Shown: piece by piece, positions 61,548 to 64,000 of the stretch
Position numbering within the stretch: the first letter of the stretch is position 1
How the letters are laid out: each line of letters opens with the position of its first letter
Virus record (IMG/VR): IMGVR_UViG_3300045988_174665
Strand: one strand, 5' to 3'
DNA length: 64,000 nt
From: a virus
Translations under genes and position numbers: made by a program
Notes under the pieces: generated by a model
Database searches by the model: none
What the model saw: the letters and a program-made list of their open reading frames with translations, nothing else
Told to the model about the DNA's origin: nothing

Positions 61548-62231
61548 TTACTTTTCGCAAGTCAAGTTGTACTCTTGTACAAATTCTTCAAGCGTTGGAA
61601 AAGTTTTGAACAATTCCATAATTTTATTAACGCTTTTAAAACTGTTAATGTTTTGTATGCTTTTCTTTAAAGTTTTTGCATTTGTTTTTTTTGTTCTTAA
61701 TAAATTGTTTTCTTTTAAAAACATTAGAAATAAACCCGTAGGAATAACTACACTTGCCCTCATTACTGGAAGGTTCGGACTATATATGGGACAATAAATT
61801 ATGAAGTTAGTCTTTATCATTTTAAAGTCTTGTAAATCTATACTGTAATAACCCAAATCGGCGGAATTTTGTTTACAGTCTAAATTAATTTTAGTTTTTT
61901 TACCTTCCATATTTTTATAATATTTAATAATATCATCTTGGTTTTTTGGTGAAACTCTGACTTTATTTTTTAAATAACGACTAACCGCCAACTCAAACTC
62001 TTCACCCCTTTTTCCGTTCTGATTACCGCCCACGCTCACGCAGTCAACAGAGCCAAAATCAAAAAAAATGTTGCCCGTAAGCTTGCACATTTTAAGAGCA
62101 AGTAAAGCCCTTGACCTTTGTGTGCTTATGGTTTTAGTATCGTTTATAACCTCTTGCAAATCTTCAAGAGTATATAAACCGTTTAAATTATAATCGTGCT
62201 TATTATTTGTTGTGATTTCAAAATTCGTCAT
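61548..62231 (-). CDS. putative PD-(D/E)xK-fold nuclease
   Basis: GKRGEEFELAVSRYL...NQDDII...INLDCKQ fits an E...D...(D/E)xK arrangement. Has its own consensus promoter. Weak call. Confidence 0.35.
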   Translation of the reverse strand: MTNFEITTNNKHDYNLNGLYTLEDLQEVINDTKTISTQRSRALLALKMCKLTGNIFFDFGSVDCVSVGGNQNGKRGEEFELAVSRYLKNKVRVSPKNQDDIIKYYKNMEGKKTKINLDCKQNSADLGYYSIDLQDFKMIKTNFIIYCPIYSPNLPVMRASVVIPTGLFLMFLKENNLLRTKKTNAKTLKKSIQNINSFKSVNKIMELFKTFPTLEEFVQEYNLTCEK

Positions 62232-62287
62232 TGTTAGTTACCTCTTTTTTAAATTGTCAAAGGATTTCTTGTTCCCTTGCAAGTCCT

Positions 62288-62316
62288 ATTATATAGCCGT
62301 TTCAAGTAATTGTCAA
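62288..62316 (-). promoter_or_regulatory. consensus sigma70 promoter for 62231..61279
   Basis: On the - strand: TTGACA (62316-62311), 17-nt spacer, TATAAT (62293-62288). Confidence 0.7.
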
Positions 62317-62352
62317 TACTTATTTAGAATATTTTTTCAAAAACTTGCAACC

Positions 62353-62445
62353 TTGTACAATATATACAATACAAAAAAATTGTACTATTTAAAAACTGTA
62401 CAATTTATCTAAAAAAATCAATCTTCTAACAATCTTTTTGTACAA
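62353..62445. repeat. cluster of TTGTACAA-type palindromes
   Basis: TTGTACAA at 62353-62360 and 62438-62445 (both extended as TTGTACAATAT), TTGTACTA at 62380-62387, CTGTACAA at 62396-62403. Confidence 0.7.
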
Positions 62446-62472
62446 TATCACTAATCGTACTTTAGACGCAAA

Positions 62473-62508
62473 GTGCATATTGCACAAAAGCCTATTTTAT
62501 AGTATAAT
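62473..62508 (+). promoter_or_regulatory. sigma70-type promoter overlapped by a palindromic operator
   Basis: TTGCAC (62480-62485), 17-nt spacer, TATAAT (62503-62508). The palindrome GTGCA-TAT-TGCAC (62473-62485) covers the -35 element. Confidence 0.55.
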
Positions 62509-62719
62509 AGAGTGGTAAAAGGTTAGATAAAATTAAAATAAACATATTTATAATTTTATAATCTATTCTAATAATGCAATGAATAATTATATAAAATATT
62601 AGAATATATAGAAAGAAAATAATAGATAATAAATTATATAAATATATCAATAAAATATAAATATATACCATCTTTTTATCAGTAGTTCAGGTGGCAAGGT
62701 GTGTATAAAAATAATGGCG

Positions 62720-62750
62720 AGGGAGGTAAAAATTACCTCTTTTTGTTTTT
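62720..62750 (+). terminator. rho-independent terminator in the ORF-free region
   Basis: GAGGTAA (62723-62729) / TTACCTC (62733-62739) followed by TTTTTGTTTTTGTTTT. Confidence 0.6.
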
Positions 62751-62865
62751 GTTTTCTTATTTTTATTTTTTAAAAAGTTCAAAAAAGCTGCGTTTCGGTT
62801 TTGAATGAGCTGCGTCGCCGCTGCAAAAAATTTTTTAAATTTTTAAAATTTTTTTTAAAAAACTA

Positions 62866-62894
62866 TTGACTTTTTAAAAAAGTTATGTTATAAT
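62866..62894 (+). promoter_or_regulatory. consensus sigma70 promoter with extended -10 for the small early-type genes
   Basis: TTGACT (62866-62871), 17-nt spacer with TG at 62886-62887, TATAAT (62889-62894). Confidence 0.7.
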
Positions 62895-62926
62895 ATAGTT
62901 ACAAAATAAAGAAAGGAATTTTAAAA

Positions 62927-63136
62927 ATGAAAGCTACAAAAAAAATTACAATGACAAAAAAAGAAAAGAACGCTATTATTAACGGCTTAAATCTACTTAT
63001 TGAATACGGCTATGCCTATGAAGAGATTTTCGGGTGTAATTTGACTGATGATTATGCGGTATGTTTACCAGATGAAATGTTAGAGGCTTTTAAAGCCTCT
63101 TTAGATAGTTCTTATATTAATATTATTAAAGACTAA
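62927..63136 (+). CDS. hypothetical small acidic protein
   Basis: 69-aa ORF with AAAGGAA SD, downstream of the consensus promoter. Confidence 0.55.
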   Translation: MKATKKITMTKKEKNAIINGLNLLIEYGYAYEEIFGCNLTDDYAVCLPDEMLEAFKASLDSSYINIIKD

Positions 63137-63177
63137 AATAAAATATTCATAAGATAAAGAAAAGAGGTGAAAAACAA

Positions 63178-63387
63178 ATGGCTACAATTGTTATTTCAGT
63201 TTTTGCAACTTGGTTTATAATTAGTATTTTAATTGCAATAGGTGATACTTTTTTAAAACAAGATGTATTGTGGGACGATTGGTTTATTATAATTGTATGT
63301 TTCCCATATATTATCATATCCATACCGTTTGAATTGATTGTGAAAACAATAAAAAAATTAAAAAAGAAAAGAGGTAAAAAACAATGA
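63178..63387 (+). CDS. small two-TM membrane protein (paralog of 63810..)
   Basis: Hydrophobic segments ISVFATWFIISILIAIG and FIIIVCFPYIIISIPFELIV with a basic tail KKLKKKRGKKQ. AGAGGTGA SD. Confidence 0.6.
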   Translation: MATIVISVFATWFIISILIAIGDTFLKQDVLWDDWFIIIVCFPYIIISIPFELIVKTIKKLKKKRGKKQ

Positions 63388-63605
63388 AAATAGCTACCGT
63401 TACGGCTCTTCACGGGCGAGACTCGGACGAATATTCAAAAATTGAAAATGCTATTAATACTCTAACAGATTTTCAGGAGTTTTTAAAAAATAATAGCGTT
63501 GATATGAGCAAAATTGATGAAAATACACTTTGTGTTTTCCGTAGGCAATTACAAAGATTATTCTCTCCAAAAGGTTTGGTTATTGATTGGGTAGATAATG
63601 ATTGA
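63384..63605 (+). CDS. hypothetical small protein
   Basis: 73-aa ORF with ATGA overlap to the upstream gene. No motif recognised. Confidence 0.5.
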   Translation: MKIATVTALHGRDSDEYSKIENAINTLTDFQEFLKNNSVDMSKIDENTLCVFRRQLQRLFSPKGLVIDWVDND

Positions 63606-63618
63606 TATAATAAGAAAA

Positions 63619-63648
63619 TAAACGGTTTATATAACCGTTTATTTTTTA
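63619..63648 (+). terminator. rho-independent terminator
   Basis: AAACGGTT (63620-63627) / AACCGTTT (63633-63640) followed by ATTTTTT. Confidence 0.75.
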
Positions 63649-63657
63649 ACTAAAATT

Positions 63658-63728
63658 GCGTCTAAACTTTGGATTGTTCTTTAGACGACAACCGTCTAAA
63701 ACTTAAAAACTAAAATCATTTTAGACGC
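63658..63728. repeat. four TTTAGACG / CGTCTAAA motifs arranged as inverted repeats
   Basis: GCGTCTAAA (63658-63666), TTTAGACG (63680-63687), CGTCTAAA (63693-63700), TTTAGACGC (63720-63728). A fifth copy, TTTAGACGC, lies at 62461-62469. Confidence 0.75.
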
Positions 63729-63748
63729 AAAATTAATTATAAATTCTA

Positions 63749-63777
63749 TTGACAAATTCAAATTTATAGTGTATAAT
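63749..63777 (+). promoter_or_regulatory. consensus sigma70 promoter with extended -10
   Basis: TTGACA (63749-63754), 17-nt spacer ending in TG (63770-63771), TATAAT (63772-63777). Confidence 0.75.
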
Positions 63778-63809
63778 ATATTCATAAGATAAGGAAAGAG
63801 GTGAAAGCA

Positions 63810-64000
63810 ATGACAATCGCAGTAATGATAATTTTAACAAGTTTGATAACTTGGCTTCTTCTTGACATAATCCTTGCTATTTATGACTATAATAAAAATC
63901 AATTTTATATGTGGGAAGATTGGTACACTTTTATAGTATTTTTCCCTTATTTGATTTTTATTTGCCCATTTGGTATGGCAATTTGTACAATAAAGAAAAT
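63810..64000 (+). CDS. small membrane protein, N-terminal part (runs off the right edge); paralog of 63178..63387; absent from the ORF track
   Basis: ATG 63810 after AGAGGTGAAAGCA. Manual translation MTIAVMIILTSLITWLLLDIILAIYDYNKNQFYMWEDWYTFIVFFPYLIFICPFGMAICTIKK... Shares W-(D/E)DW...IV-FPY-I...PF...TIKK with the 63178 protein. Confidence 0.6.
   Translation, partial: MTIAVMIILTSLITWLLLDIILAIYDYNKNQFYMWEDWYTFIVFFPYLIFICPFGMAICTIKK

Noticed and set aside
62715-62774. Possible 19-codon ORF starting at ATG 62715 (MAREVKITSFCFCFLIFIF)
   Set aside because: No SD. The sequence is the stem and T tract of a terminator.
63147-63413. - strand 88-aa ORF
   Set aside because: Antisense to the SD-led + gene 63178..63387, whose paralog at 63810 confirms the + frame.
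1-64000. tRNA, rRNA, CRISPR arrays, integrase/lysogeny module, reverse transcriptase/DGR, stop-codon recoding
   Set aside because: No cloverleaf-like GC-rich segments in the intergenic regions and no repeat-spacer arrays. No tyrosine or serine recombinase or RT motifs appear in any ORF. Very long ORFs (2883, 1642, 1330 aa) are intact under the standard code with TAA/TGA/TAG stops, so recoding is not indicated.

Overview
The whole window is low-GC (~30% by eye) tailed-phage DNA with Firmicutes/Fusobacteria-style signals: strong AGGAGG Shine-Dalgarno sites and many TTGACA-17-TATAAT promoters. It has two convergent arms that meet at a bidirectional terminator (30253-30272). The + arm (1743-30248) carries replication, recombination and nucleotide-metabolism genes: RNase H, a dNMP-kinase-like protein, ATP-dependent ligase, a compact UvrD-like helicase, type IIA topoisomerase B and A subunits, an SSB-like protein, a Sak4/AAA_24 ATPase, DnaB-like helicase, primase, a RecJ-like DHH protein, DnaE-type polymerase, an NrdH-like redoxin, NrdD, NrdG, a small FTR-like Cys protein, a divergent ThyX-like protein, dUTPase and a RuvC-like resolvase. 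The - arm (60995-30282) is the virion module: three pre-terminase proteins, TerL, portal, protease/scaffold, major capsid, connectors, two paralogous tail-tube-like proteins, a 2883-aa tape measure, Dit and a 1642-aa Tal-like protein. It ends in a terminator-insulated five-gene cassette of compositionally odd proteins. The right end (61.2-64 kb) holds an autonomous two-gene unit (nuclease-like plus a small exported protein), a ~700-bp ORF-free control region and small early-type genes. The left end has a holin-like gene and small - strand genes. The best-supported unusual feature is a 1087-nt group I intron carrying a GIY-YIG homing endonuclease, which splits the topoisomerase B gene inside its TOPRIM motif. 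Other items worth checking are the redoxin-type class III RNR module, the degenerate ThyX-like protein, the odd cassette at 30.3-32.5 kb and several repeated regulatory motifs. I saw no tRNA, rRNA, CRISPR array, integrase or stop-codon recoding. Two real-looking ORFs at the window edges (1..335 on the - strand, 63810..64000 on the + strand) are missing from the supplied track. All functional calls come from motifs read by eye; no database search was possible.
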